DNA of 63,860 nt, filler included, from Octopus bimaculoides (taxonomy: Eukaryota), in the NCBI RefSeq assembly GCF_001194135.2. It is 7 parts of 6 records of this genome, joined end to end, with 100 filler letters (N's around TTAATTAATTAA, not from the genome) between each part and the next. Parts side by side here need not be neighbours in the genome. Positions count along the whole stretch, not along the records: positions 29,321 to 37,146 come from NC_068991.1; positions 37,247 to 40,299 come from NC_068988.1; positions 40,400 to 42,730 come from NC_069005.1; positions 42,831 to 63,860 come from NC_068982.1; 3 more parts are not named here. One strand, given 5' to 3'. Below are positions 37,005-49,930 of this stretch, one piece after another. Made by a program: the position numbers and the translations under genes. Each line of letters begins with the position of its first letter. The stretch's first letter is position 1. The notes under the pieces were generated by a model. That model did not search any database. It was not told the origin of the DNA and was given only the letters and a program-made list of their open reading frames with translations.

Positions 37005-37101
37005 CAATACTCGGTTAACAATGACCATTATATTAAAGAAAACATTTCTCAGCATTTGTATCCATTGGGTATAATTTAGAAGCCTCATTTGATCTGCTAA
37101 G
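37005..37101 (-). CDS. VPS54: Internal exon of VPS54 (GARP complex subunit)
   Basis: 97-nt exon with acceptor tacttatttgcag| and donor |gtaagta. Reads LADQMRLLNYTQWIQMLRNVFFNIMVIVNRVL vs recalled vertebrate VPS54 LADQMRMLNFPQWFDLLKDIFSKFTIFLQRVK. Phase 2 to phase 0. Confidence 0.85.
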
Positions 37102-37115
37102 CTGCAAATAAGTAG

Positions 37116-37146
<31 letters not shown>

Positions 37147-37421
37147 NNNNNNNNNNNNNNNNNNNNNNNNNNNNNNNNNNNNNNNNNNNNTTAATTAATT
37201 AANNNNNNNNNNNNNNNNNNNNNNNNNNNNNNNNNNNNNNNNNNNNATATATATGTATATATGTATATACATATATATATATTTATATATGTGTGTGTAT
37301 ATATATATATGTGTGTATATATATCTATGTGTGTGTATATATATATATGTGTATATGTATGTGTATGTATATATATGCATATATGTATATGTGTATATGT
37401 ATGTGTATGTATATATATGCA

Positions 37422-37509
<88 letters not shown>

Positions 37510-37998
37510 CATACATATTCACATATATATATATATACATTTGTGTGTGCATATACATGCATACTGTGCTTGTCTGCAGCGTATATGTCTAGGTATTGAT
37601 CTGTGTTTTGTCGAGTTATTAGTACCAAGTCATTATGCTATAATAGAAAAAAAAATTTTGTTGATACATCTTGAAACATGCTTGCGGCTGCTAATTGAAT
37701 ACATTCTGGATTTTACAGTCTTCTCCTGAATGAAACAAGATGGATGATAAACCAAAGAAAATATTTGAAGTCCTAGATTACACCTTCACACCCATGCACA
37801 CATATACATGCACATGCACTCTTGCACACACATGCATACATGCATATTTACACACATGCGCATCCAGATTTGCTTGTAGTATATACTTTTTTTATCATAT
37901 ATGTATTTGTACACGTGTATAAATATAATACATAACTATATGTGTGTGTCTGTATATGTATATAAGTGCATACCTATATATATATATNNNNNNNNNNA

Positions 37999-38110
37999 AT
38001 CAGACTGGAGCCTGGTGTTGCCATCCGGTTTCACCAGTCCTCAGTCAAATCGTCCAACCCATGCTAGCATGGAAAGCGGACGTTAAACGATGATGATGAT
38101 GATGATGATG
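37999..38110 (+). mobile_element. RTE-family 3' tail fragment
   Basis: cagtcctcagtcaaatcgtccaacccatgctagcatggaaagcggacgttaaacgatgatgat. Confidence 0.85.
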
Positions 38111-38799
38111 ATATATATATTGCTGTTTCTCTTGTAATTTCTCACAATCTCATACTGTGCATATATATATAGGCATGGGCCCTTCAGTAAGTCTCTTATA
38201 CTATAACCCTGGACCATTAAAAACAGCTTTGTGAGTGGATTTTCCAGACGGAAACTGCAAAGGCTCATCACATGTGTGTGTGTGTGTGCGTGTTACTGTC
38301 TCTTTGTTTTGATATCATGTGACAGTTGTGAATGGGTTTCACTCTCATGCTTGTAGTGTCTTTTGATTCCAATCTTCCCTGGAAACACGTCTGGTGTCAA
38401 GGAAATATTACCTTAGTTGGAAACTGGTGAGGGTTGGTGACAGGAAAGGCATCCAGCTTTAGAAAATCTGCCTCAGCAAATTCCATCCAACACATACGAG
38501 TTTAGAAAAGCAAATTTAAGACGCTGATGATGGTGAATAATATATTCTTTTCTACTCTAGGCACAAAGCTCGAAATTTTGTTGGCCAGTCAATTAGATGA
38601 CCCCAATATGCAACTGGTATTTAATTCATCGACTCCGAAAGGATGAAAGGCAAAGTCGACCTCAGCGGAATTTGAACTCAGAACATAAAGACTGATGAAT
38701 GGTGGAAAATATATTGTATAAAAAAAAGGTTCAGGCGAACACAACTTCATGAAGGACTTCGTATATTATAGATGTTGACTGTATATTGATTTATTATGT

Positions 38800-39145
38800 G
38801 AAGGTGCTGCATGGGTCAGTGGTTAGAGCATCGGTCTCTCAATCATGAGGTAATGATTTCAATTCCTGGACAGGGCTGTGTTGTATTCTTGAGCAAGACA
38901 CTTTATTTCACGTTGCTCCAGTTCAGCCATCTGTAGAAATTAGTTGTGACGTCACATGTACCAAGCTGTATTGGCCTTTGCCTTTCCCTTGGATAACATC
39001 AGTGGAGTGAAGAGGGGAGTCTGGTATGCATGGGCAACTGCTGGTCTTCCACAGATCAACCTTACCCAGACTTGTGCCTTTGATGGGAACTTTCTAGGTG
39101 CAATCCCATGGTCATTCATGACCAAAGGCAGTTTTCTTCTGTTCA
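38800..39145 (+). mobile_element. tRNA-derived SINE (second family)
   Basis: tRNA-like head tcagtggttagagcatcgg...ttcaattcctgg followed by cttgagcaagacactttatttcacgttgctccag. Confidence 0.7.
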
Positions 39146-39444
39146 AGTGATTTATTAAAGAAATTACACATTCTCACAATATAATACAGATGTTTCTTTA
39201 TATAGTTGTATCATTTCTAAGGTAGAAATGTATATATATATACATATATATAATAATATTAAGGATAGGAGTCCAAAGTTGCAGGTAAAAACTCAATTAA
39301 ATTCAATTTATCAAAAATTAAAACTAAATTAAGTTTCACAGTATATGATGTATAAATATATAATTTAGAGAAAATAACCAAAGTTCTTGAACTCATCCAT
39401 GAAAATCCACTCTCACATATAGAAAAATTAATAAGTAATCATCA

Positions 39445-39565
39445 TCATCATCGTTTAACGTCCGCCTTCCGTGCTAGCATGGGTTGGACGATTTGACTGA
39501 GGACTGGTGAAACCAGATGGCTACACCAGGCTCCAATCTGATTTGGCAGTGTTTCTACAGCTACA
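39445..39565 (-). mobile_element. RTE-family 3' tail fragment
   Basis: catcatcgtttaacgtccgccttccgtgctagcatgggttggacgatttgactgagg. Confidence 0.85.
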
Positions 39566-40097
39566 CGATAAATAAGTATAATAAAATACAAAGAAAAAAA
39601 TCATGGTGCTCCAGTATGGCCACAGTCAAATGACTGAAACAAGTAAAAGAGTAATTATAATGGTGTGTTAGACAGATTATTCTTAAGGTTTAATGCATGA
39701 AAAAAAATGAAAGCAAGTTACTCTAAAAGCTGATATTGGCAACTAAAACGTGTAGTAACCTTCGAATGGTAAATATTTGTAAGTCTGGAACCGGAAGCTA
39801 TAGAAATCTGAAGAAATAAAGTGTTAAAAGTTCTTAAGTTCACTAATAGCAAATCGGTAAAGTAATAAAAGTTTTAAGACAATAGAAAGGACAAGAAAAG
39901 ACAAAAAATATTAAGCAACCTGAAGCATCTGAAATGCAGATAAGAAAGCTTAATTTTTATATAATTACATTGTGTATATCATAATATATGTTTTGTGTGT
40001 GTGTGTGTGTGATTTGCACGTCATTACATACACAGTTGTTCTTACATAATCATATGGCCACACACACAGACACTGGTACAGGCAATACAACAAATTC

Positions 40098-40161
<64 letters not shown>

Positions 40162-40260
40162 GCATATATATATGTACATATATATACACACGTATATATA
40201 CATAAATATGTATACATATATATACATAAATATGTATACAATATACATAAATATCTGTGC

Positions 40261-40299
<39 letters not shown>

Positions 40300-40399
40300 N
40301 NNNNNNNNNNNNNNNNNNNNNNNNNNNNNNNNNNNNNNNNNNNTTAATTAATTAANNNNNNNNNNNNNNNNNNNNNNNNNNNNNNNNNNNNNNNNNNNN

Positions 40400-40555
40400 C
40401 GGGTCCGTCTGTCCAGCGCCCTACGACGCTGTTGGACGGCATGGACTTGCCCCTCCAGGTGCCTAGTTGCAAGCCCATTGACTTTTCCGCGTTAATTTTC
40501 GCACCTGTCACCGCTTCATACTCGTTTAGTGTCTCGCCAATCAGGTCAATATGCC
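40400..40555 (-). mobile_element. Tx1/L1-clade LINE RT fragment
   Basis: HIDLIGETLNEYEAVTGAKINAEKSMGLQLGTWRGKSMPSNSVVGRWTDGP matches the post-YADD region of Tx1-like RTs. GC-richer than its flanks. Confidence 0.65.
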
Positions 40556-40614
<59 letters not shown>

Positions 40615-41097
40615 GATTAGAAGTGTTATCATATACATTGTTTTGTCTTGGGATAAAAGATGGGCTACAGCAAACATTGTACTTAATACCAGATATTTGC
40701 TTCTCAGTTGTTTGACCCTAACCAGTTGAGCATATCCCTTAGTGGGTGACGATATGTGCATCTCTGATCACGAGCAGAAGTAGTGGAGAGCACCATAATC
40801 ATGTGCTGAGAGGAATTCTTTGGGGTTTGGATAATTCACCTTTGGAAACATGGTTGTTTCGTTCAACATCCTTAAACAACTCTTATTCAGGAACCTATTG
40901 AGCGGGATGGGCTACTTAACCTGAAGAAAATTCTGAGTCCCACCAGCAAGGTCATGCTCTGTTTATTTTGGTATGAGCTCACCATGTCGCGCACATATGG
41001 TTGTGATGTATGTGCCTGGTGTACCCTTATCAGACGGGTAGTCATGATGGTATACTGGGCTCCGAATATTTTATCCGAGTGTCACTTTGATGTCACT

Positions 41098-42290
41098 CAA
41101 TAATAATAATAATAATAATAATAATAATTTACTTTTAATCTGCATGTTTGTTACAATCACTCGCCGCAACACACCTAGCATCCTAGGACGAGCGAAGAAT
41201 ACGAGATGTTACAGTATGACTGAAAGCTTGGGGNNNNNNNNNNNNNNNNNNNNNNNNNNNNNNNNNNNNNNNNNNNNNNNNNNNNNNNNNNNNNNNNNNN
41301 NNNNNNNNNNNNNNNNNNNNNNNNNNNNGGGGGGGGGGGAAGTAGCAGAAGCAGTAGCGAAATATCGTCATGTAATACAGCACATAAATTTAAATTGATA
41401 GGGTTTTTCTAAGGATATGAACAGTACTTATCAACACAATCTTTTGGATTTCTCTGAGACATAGTTCTTCTACGATATTATCTCGATGTTTCTGACATCC
41501 CTTTCTTATCATACAGTTCTCGCTTTAAGATGCCAGATCTTTTGTATTTCAATTTCCAGATCCTTACATTTACTTAATTTTTTAAAATTCCTTTACAGAT
41601 ATATTTTTGCCAGTGGGAACACTTACATCTATTAGTCGACAAGAATTTTCTTCTCTGTCTTTAATGACTATGTCTGGTCGATTAGCCTGGATCTTTCTGT
41701 CGATGTTGACTGGAAAATCTCAGAGGATAGTGACATTTTTATCTTCAACGACTGTCTCAGGATGATGTTCATACCAATAAGCAGGAGGGCTGATTTTGTA
41801 GTGTTTACATATTTTCCAATGTAACTACTGTCCTACCATATCGTGGCGATTTTTGTGTTCGTTTGGTGTCAGCACAGGACATCCCGAGACCAGATAGTCT
41901 ATTGTTTCATCAAATTTATTGTAGAATCAGCATTTAGTGTCAGAACCGTTTTGAAGAACGATAGCCTAGTAGTTTTTGGTATGCAAGTTTTGATCTTTTG
42001 CCGCCAAAATGAAATCTTCAGTCTCTGCTTTCAGTCCTGAGCTTCTCAGCCCACTGATGGATTGTTGCTTGGTATACAATACTGTCCATGCTGAGGATTC
42101 TGGTTCCACCGCTCCTCAATTTGTTTCTACCCGTTCTTTTTAGCAGTCTGTTTGATCCGTTTTGTTTTATCGTGGCAGTGGTTTCTGGTTCTTCATTTAA
42201 TTCAAGTTTAATGCCAAGTTCCCTTGAGAATTCGCGAGTTTCCTAGACAATAGAATGTGATTTTTTTCTGCTTTCGTGTTTACACACAAG
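41098..42290 (-). mobile_element. R4/Dong-clade LINE 3' part (zinc knuckle plus restriction-like endonuclease) and 3' UTR
   Basis: SSGLKAETEDFILAAKDQ, ETIDYLVSGCPVL, RHDMVG, ANRPDIVIKD, LIDVSVP, KDLEIEI. Ends at a TAA array. Confidence 0.9.
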
Positions 42291-42354
42291 CCACAGCATC
42301 CAGTCCTCTGTACTAGATAAGTACTTGTTCATTGCTATCTTATCTTTAACTCAC

Positions 42355-42415
42355 CCTAGGATGCTGGCTGTGTCTCGGCGAGTGATTGTAACAAACGTGC
42401 AGATTAAAAGTAATT
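42355..42415 (+). repeat. Inverted copy of the R4/Dong 3' UTR end
   Basis: Reverse complement of about 41127-41187. Confidence 0.85.
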
Positions 42416-42417
42416 AA

Positions 42418-42730
42418 TAACAAGAGCACTCAGAGAGCGCAAACCTCTGCCAAGGCAACACAAACGTCTTCTCAACGATTAGCCAGAGATGATTTTTATA
42501 ATGAGAATATCTGAAATAAACTCGACTGCTCTCACAAACGAGAATACTAAAAATGAACCTGAATGCTCTCAAAAATTAAGTAAAAAAAACGGAAAACAAT
42601 CCAGAATTCTTGTCCGGTACCAGATCGATCTCAATATCTAATGAGTTTGTGCCAGTCATGAGGCCAAACATCCCTGGAAGTTTCATCTGTATCCATCCAG
42701 CGGTTCTTGAGATATCTTGTCCATGGACAA
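42418..42730 (+). mobile_element. Helitron/Helentron-like non-autonomous element
   Basis: aacaagagcactcagagagcgcaaacctc start and ccaaacatccctggaagtttcatc...gagatatcttgtcc...ggacaa body resemble molluscan Helentron-associated repeats. Confidence 0.5.
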
Positions 42731-43770
42731 NNNNNNNNNNNNNNNNNNNNNNNNNNNNNNNNNNNNNNNNNNNNTTAATTAATTAANNNNNNNNNNNNNN
42801 NNNNNNNNNNNNNNNNNNNNNNNNNNNNNNATGTATGTATGTATGTATGTATGAATGTATATTTGAAAAGGCAGCGAAAATATTAGAAAAAATAAATAAC
42901 AAAATGAGTGAAAATCGAACCGGCGAGTGCGTTAATTAATAAGACATTAAAGTAGAATGACTCTCCCAAGATACAGCATGGAACAGTCTCGTAAAAATGA
43001 TAACAGCCTTTACTATAAACACACACACACACACACATACACTTCTTTCTTTCTCTCTCTTGATTCTTCAGCCCCCTCTATTACATTAGCCGGTAAAATA
43101 AACACCTCTGTCTATTTTTAGAAACTTGACCAACATATATTATTATTCTTCCCTTCCTTTTTGAGGTTTACTACTCACTTTAGTAAACCTCCCCTACTAT
43201 TTTCTGTACCCATCCCTCCATCACCCCCACCTCTCATTCTTCACACATATTCATTCCTTACATTTTTATCTCTTCCTATTCCTCACCTACTCCTCTCCCA
43301 CCCCCTCATAATTTCTTGGACACCAACTAACACTCCTTTTTTCATTTTCTCTTCCTCTTTCGTTCTTCTTTCTTCACCTATTCCTTTTGACCTTTCTCCT
43401 CATTTTAACATACACATCTTTTCTATCCTCTCTATCTACTTAATACTACCACCACATTTTCAAAATTTCATTCACACCACAAGACCATTTTGAATGAATA
43501 GCATATGGAATCTACGTCTCCACACTATCCATTTGTGCTGCGAAAATGTGAACTCTTATCAGAATTTACATACCATGGACAAAAAGCAGCTCTACCACTT
43601 CTACACACCACTTTTCTTGGATAATGGAACTGCAACTATAACATGCTACATATATTTTTATTTTTACTCCTATTTTCTTATTTCCCTTTATACTTCTTAT
43701 TTCCATCCTTTTCCAAAATAACTCCTTATATTAAACTCTACTATTTCTCTCTATGTAACCATCTCACATC

Positions 43771-43818
43771 GTCTCTGATGAAGGGATATCTCTAATATCC
43801 CAGAAACAGCTGTAAAAC
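43771..43818 (+). ncRNA. Degenerate minimal hammerhead motif in a probable Penelope-type terminal repeat
   Basis: gtct-CTGATGA-a-gggata-tctctaa-tatccc-a-GAAAC-AGCT-GTA-aaac. Palindromic stem III loop; stem I has a mismatch. Confidence 0.55.
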
Positions 43819-43884
43819 TAACTTTCTCTTTATAAATGTCCGGAAAATTTCACACTGTCTTGGCTTTGTTGTCTCATTTTATTT

Positions 43885-43947
<63 letters not shown>

Positions 43948-44429
43948 GGCTATGGAGGAAGCTGTCTCTTAACCATGTAAGACCACTTCCTAAATGTATT
44001 TTACTCTTTAGAAATATCTTAAATTTGGTCTCCTCATCGCTAATGACATGTCACATGGCTCCCAAAGCTTGTAAGGGATTTGTTTTAAGTCATTCCACAC
44101 CGAACGCAAATCAACCCCACCAGCGGTCGACCATCGGAATGGTGGGACTTATGATGCCGAATGAGTTCACTGACCAACCCACATTCTCTTCTACACAATG
44201 TACCGAGAAATCATGCTGGATATCACACTGGTAGTGATAGAAAGTGTAGCCCTCATGACCACGCTTGCGGCTGAGTAGGCCTGACTTTGAAAAAGGACTC
44301 AATCATACAAGTCAAATGAAAAAGTTTCACATCCTCCATACATTTAGCTGCACGCTTCAAATATAAGCAGACTTGCGGTTCTCGAATTCTTTAACACCAA
44401 AAGAAGTTTCTGTGGAAAATTCTTATTAC

Positions 44430-44720
44430 ATTTAAGAACGAACTAAAAACCTTCTAGTTTCAAAATGTGCAACTTAGCATTACAGCTGTATCAGTGTCTG
44501 TTGTTCAACGACCCTATTGTTTTGTAATCAAATCCAAGAGTTCAATTTAATATTCATATCTTCTGAATGAGTATTCGTGGCTAACGAAATCGGTGAACGC
44601 CGCTTAGAGACATGGCTTACAAAACTCTACAATGCATTTTTAGATATAAATGAAAAGCTATTAAACTCATTTTTTTTTCTTTGATCTATGTAAAATGTTT
44701 TAAACCAGAAATCAATATCT
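44430..44720 (+). mobile_element. Ancient CR1/L2-like RT relic
   Basis: QLYQCLLFNDLLFCNQ...RLETWLTKLYNAFLDINEKLLNSFFFFDLCKMF parallels QLY..L..N.LL...Q.GFR...STETAL........FLDLSKAFD. Confidence 0.45.
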
Positions 44721-46120
44721 TGCATAAAATGTCAGTTACATCATCTAGCTAGCTATCATTGTAATTAAAAACCTGTAACTAGCCGCCTTTCTTCGCTGTT
44801 TCTGGTTTTTCATGTTTTGTTTAATTTTAATGGGGGTTTTTTTTCTGAACCATAATAACTAGGATTGTGTGATCTGATGTGTCCTTTTTGTTTCTAAAGG
44901 GATTTTGGTGTGATTCGAGCACGATTGGTTTGTTATTCGTTCAAAGTCAAATGAACACATAGGGGCTTCTTCGTTGATGAGAGGAAACTGAAGAGCAAGA
45001 CAGAAATTTTAGATGAATAAATTCACGTATGATCCCAGTTCGTGATATTTGTACCATTAATTCCCTTGGGAAAGGCATAAACGTCACTACCTCATATTTT
45101 TCTTCCTTTGAAGCACAACTTGTTCTTAATCAACGAGTCAAATTGTGCATAACTGATTTCTTAGAGAAACAGAATGTCACTGGTTCGTATGAGAACTGAG
45201 GTTGTTGGTCAGCTCCAGCTCAGTCCTGGCCGTACACTCCTCTAATCAAAGACGCTCCAGTCTGGGTGATCCCGTCATTTTTTTTACTGGAAGGCAATTC
45301 ATCACCTTATCCAACATATCCAACACGTATTAAATATTAGATTCAAAGTGTAATTTTCTAAGATTGTGTGTGGGGGGGGATGTATGAGAGCTTTTGGCTG
45401 TTATTTCTAGCAGATCAAGCGACTATGTAAAAACTCTCCTGTAGGCTTGTATATATGGGTTTGGGCTGAGACAATGAGTGAGTGTCTCAATGCTATTAGT
45501 GACGTATATTGAGCAATAAACTGGATTTAACGAAGAATTAACACCACAAAACAGGTCATACAAATTTCTGAACAATTCTCTATTCCATCTTGGTTCAACG
45601 AAAATTCATAAGGAAGTCCTTCTTACGAAATGGTTGCGAATAATAAAAAAAAGATATATTAGAGAGAAAGATCAACGCAATAGAATGCTAGCAGTAAGAA
45701 GTAAATGTTAATAAAGCAACATATAATAAGGGGAAAAAAAACAGAAAATAATGCTTCGTCAGCTCTGTAGAATGAGATTGATTCTGAAGATGGCAATATA
45801 AAAGATTTTGAAATAACAGTTATTCTTTGAATCGCCTCGCCTTACATTTAATCATTTTCTTCGTGATATTTCTTCAGATTTGATATCTTAACGTCCATCG
45901 GCACCAACCACACATATACTTTCATACACACGTACCTTTTAGACACACGCACACACACACACAGAGCGCACACGTACATGTTTAAACACGTAGAAACACT
46001 CATTCGCACAGACGGCTATAGGACTAATATAAATGTCCATCTCATCAATATATCTACGCGCTGTAATAGATTGCGATAAGGACTTTGCGGAGTCTCGTTA
46101 CAGAATATCAATACCAGTAC

Positions 46121-46171
<51 letters not shown>

Positions 46172-46547
46172 TGATGATAATGATGATGATGATAACCACC
46201 ACAATAAACTAGAAAAGTAACATCTGTACAAGTAATGCTAATAATAATACAAGCGACAACAACAAAAACACCGCTGCAATTAATAGAATCGTTAAGAAAC
46301 AACTTAAACTCTTTCCGTATCGCAGCCCTTCACCTTACTTTATGTTCTATGCATCATGCAACCAACTTGCCAAGACCTCGCTGCAACGCATATACAGACA
46401 CATGCGCTGACAGCCTCGTGCACACAAGTATGCGGTGTATCTCTTTAACATCTTGTATTTATGAATTCTAAAGGCTTTTATTATTTTTATTTCACTCTCT
46501 AAATACCATATTATTACAGCGTCGTGTGTCTCTTATTCTCATTCGCA

Positions 46548-46583
<36 letters not shown>

Positions 46584-46638
46584 ATGCCCTCACACATTCA
46601 TTCATATACGTATTTGTATGTATGTGCGTGAGTATATG

Positions 46639-46673
<35 letters not shown>

Positions 46674-46760
46674 ATTTATGTATGTATACTTAGATATATG
46701 TGTATAAGAATGTATACATGAGTATATATAATCCTATATATACATACATACATACATATA

Positions 46761-46796
<36 letters not shown>

Positions 46797-47224
46797 TGTA
46801 TATATGCATCTATGTGTGTATATGTTCATATGCATATAATATATATGTGTGCATAATACGCACCCACTACAAAATTACCTACCCTTTATCGTTCCTACAT
46901 CACATACTTCCACCTATCATCCATAACACCCGAAGTTCCTTAATTGTAAGACTAATCAATACTTTCTTTTCTTCGCTTTTGTTTTCCTTCGTCTGTATTT
47001 TCCACCATAATCATACATTGTTTCATGTCGTTTGATTCTTGCCATAGCAACATATCCATTCTATCGGCTTCTCTCTTATCAATTTTCTTCTTCATCTTGA
47101 TCATGATCTTTATCGTTTTATTTCTGCTCTCCTCCTCCTCCCCCTCCTCCTCCTCCTCCTCCTCCTCCTCTTCTTTTTCTTCAGAAATCATCATCATCAT
47201 CATCATCATTATTATTCAGTTGTT

Positions 47225-47900
47225 ATACTTTNNNNNNNNNNCCTCTTCTTTTTCTTCAGAAATCATCATCATCATCATCATCATTATTATTCAGTTGTTA
47301 TACTTTATCGTGCGCTCTAACGAGCGCAGTCCTGTGTGCCTTGTGTGTGTGCAGTGTTTTCTCATGGATTTGCATTTTGTACTGCATTATCAGTACACTT
47401 CGTAAAACGCATACAGCGCCGCTTTATTTTCTGTGCGTTGAGCTTATTTATTCTATAGGTGTTCTAGGGTTAGATTTTTTGTGTTCTATCTATTCACTTT
47501 GCTTTGTAAGTCTTAGGTCTCTCTTCGTGATTTACTCTCTGTGTAGAGTCCATTTTGTTAGGTTTCAATTCTTTTAAATGTTGTATATCGATTTTTGATA
47601 CCTTCTTGGGGCTTTCCGAGTGTATGTTCTTAAGTTAACATACCTGCCGGGCTCCAATGATACGTTTATATCTGGGTTATTTTCTCTTGAAATTATATAC
47701 GAGTATGCTGTCGTAGTTTCGTTTTAAGAATTGTATGTTTATTCAAAATAGAAACTCATTCCTCATATGTTCACTTCTATATTTCCTGTTATATTTTGAG
47801 GCTTGATGAGTGGAGTCCAACCGGTTTATTTCTTTCTGACGATAGAGAGTTTCACTCTAATTTTAGTGCTTTTTAAGCATTAGGTTCAAAGTGCGAATTC
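47225..47900 (-). mobile_element. Decayed R4/Dong 3' end
   Basis: UTR gagcgcagtcctgtgtgccttg is related to 26288-26310. Ends in ctgaataataat. AVCVLRSVLIMQ parallels TAHILRKTLSIQ. Confidence 0.45.
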
Positions 47901-47984
47901 CCTTTTCAAGCTCGAGCAGAATGATACAGGATTTGGTGGGGAAGGAGGTGTTTGTTTGTCTTTTGGTTATCTTAATCTTTTAAT

Positions 47985-48380
47985 CTTTTACTTGTTTTCG
48001 TCATTTTGACTGCGGCCATGCTGGAACGCCGTCTTGAAGGGTTTTAGTCGAAGAAATTGATTCAAGGACTTTTAAAGCCTAGTTCTTATTCTATCGGTAC
48101 TAGAATCCGCTAGGTTACGGGAACGCAAGCACACCGGCATTGGTTGTCAAGTCGTGGTGGGGAACAAACAAAGATGTGAAAACACATATAAAGATATATA
48201 TATATATATATACATATACACGACAAGCTTCTTTTAGTTTCCGTCTACCAAATCCCCTCACAAGGCTTTGGTCGACCCTGGGCTATAGTAGAAGACACTT
48301 GCCCAAGGTGTCACACAGTGAGGTGAACTCGGAATCATGGGGTTGGGAAGCAAGCTTCTTACCACAGAGCCACACCTGCG
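47985..48380 (-). mobile_element. SINE family A, diverged full-length copy
   Basis: Tail, core (agtagaagacacttgcccaagg) and head are all present. Confidence 0.85.
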
Positions 48381-48744
48381 CCTATTTTGTTTGTAATCTT
48401 TTGTGTATGATTCAACGAAATCCATCTGTTGATATGAACCATACTCCGATAAGTTATGTACACATGGCTTAAATCGGCGATCACTGTATATATTTGTAAT
48501 ATATTGATTATGTAATGGCAAAGATCATAAATTTTACCAGCATTACTTATGACTTTATCATTCAACATTTTTCTTATTTTTTTCTATATGCTTCAATTCT
48601 TTTGTTGTCGGTGTTATTAGATATTTTTCAAATCAATCAAAAGTTTTTCTCATATTTTAAAAGGTTTCCTGTTTTCTCTTAAATATCAAGGACAGTGAGT
48701 AAGAAGAATCTTCAGATAAAAGAAGTGATTATTTTTTCTGAGAT

Positions 48745-49010
48745 TTTACGTTTTGAGTTCAAATCCCAACGCGGTTAACCTTGCCTTTCATCTTTCCAGG
48801 GTCGATAAAATTAAATGCTAGTCAAGTACTGAGATCAACTTAATCGATTAACTCTTCTTTCAAACTTAAGGCCTTGTCTTTATGTTAGCAATTTTTATTT
48901 ACTTTACCTTTCATCTTTCCAAGGTCGATAAAATAAATGCTAGTTAAGTACTGAAGTCAATTTAATCGATTAATTCTTCCCTCGAATTTATGATCTTATG
49001 TTTATAGATT
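48745..49010 (+). mobile_element. Old SINE with a conserved Deu/Nin-like central domain, tandemly duplicated (period about 127 bp)
   Basis: cctttcatctttcca(g/a)ggtcgataaaat occurs twice. Related relics at about 22600-22720, 26560-26630, 38600-38690, 58310-58420. Confidence 0.55.
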
Positions 49011-49399
49011 TTTTAATTTTATTTTTGCAGGCGTTGTACTTATAAGTACAAGAGAGATTTTTCGCTGTACTGATATCGCCACTAACGTAAGTAAAATTTT
49101 TTTTTTAGAATTTAAAATAACTCAAGCATACAAACAATGGTGAACTTCAAACATAAATATTCCCATTTGTACAAGAAAGCAGAGTCTTGGGACCATACAA
49201 TTATAATAGTAAAAAATGCAATCAGTAAGAAAGACAACAACACTGCGAGCAACAAAATTCTGTCATTTGCTGATGTTACTAATCGAATGACTCGAATTGA
49301 TTTAGATCAAAGAAAAGAAGGTATCGATAAGGTGTGTCACAAAAATCGGTTTCTACTTGCCTGGCGAATTTATTCAGCAAAGAGCAAAAGGAGACGACA

Positions 49400-49930
49400 T
49401 ACCTCTGGTTTTCAAAATGTTCTTCGAAAAATTGAGGGAGTCTTCTATATATCTTTCGGAATGTCACTGTACATGGGCTCCAAAAATACTAGGACCAATC
49501 GCTCAATTCTAAAGATGTTACCATGGATTTTCGTTGCGCATCTCAGAGTGTACACGCATGGGATGAATGCGGAAGTTACACAAAGTGCATGTCATCGCAT
49601 AGAGTTTGAAGTGAACATCTAATCCTTAACTATCCCGATGATCACCAAGCTATCAAAGAGCTGCACCCCACTGAGTGTTTGGAGAGTAGGTCAAACACAC
49701 TGGTGACAAGTGGCGCAGAGAAGACCCAGTTACAATAACAGTGGTAGTAAAGCCAATTGAATGCTTTTTAGTTCAGGAGGTAACGAAAATAAAAGGAAAA
49801 ATAGGATAGTACGCAGCAGCAAAAGGCAATATCTCAACGAACAAAAAATCCCAGAGATAAAACCCGTGGATGCTGCTACCACTGTTCTAGAACACCATCG
49901 GTCGCATTTTAGGACATTACTAACACAGAA
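49400..49930 (+). mobile_element. Possible decayed RTE/BovB-like C-terminal relic
   Basis: Weak pieces LYMGSKNTRT, RCASQSVHAWDE and CYHCSRT..IGRILGH. Confidence 0.28.

Noticed and set aside
39770-39820. Minus-strand IYHSKV resembling VPS54 VYHSKV
   Set aside because: The following NLPAALNDP is absent, and it is too close to the exon at about residue 435 to leave room for the intervening exons. Chance match.
48390-48500. MDFVESYTKD as the VPS54 LNFLEIYGEK exon
   Set aside because: Similarity is weak, there is no donor, and it runs into a SINE.
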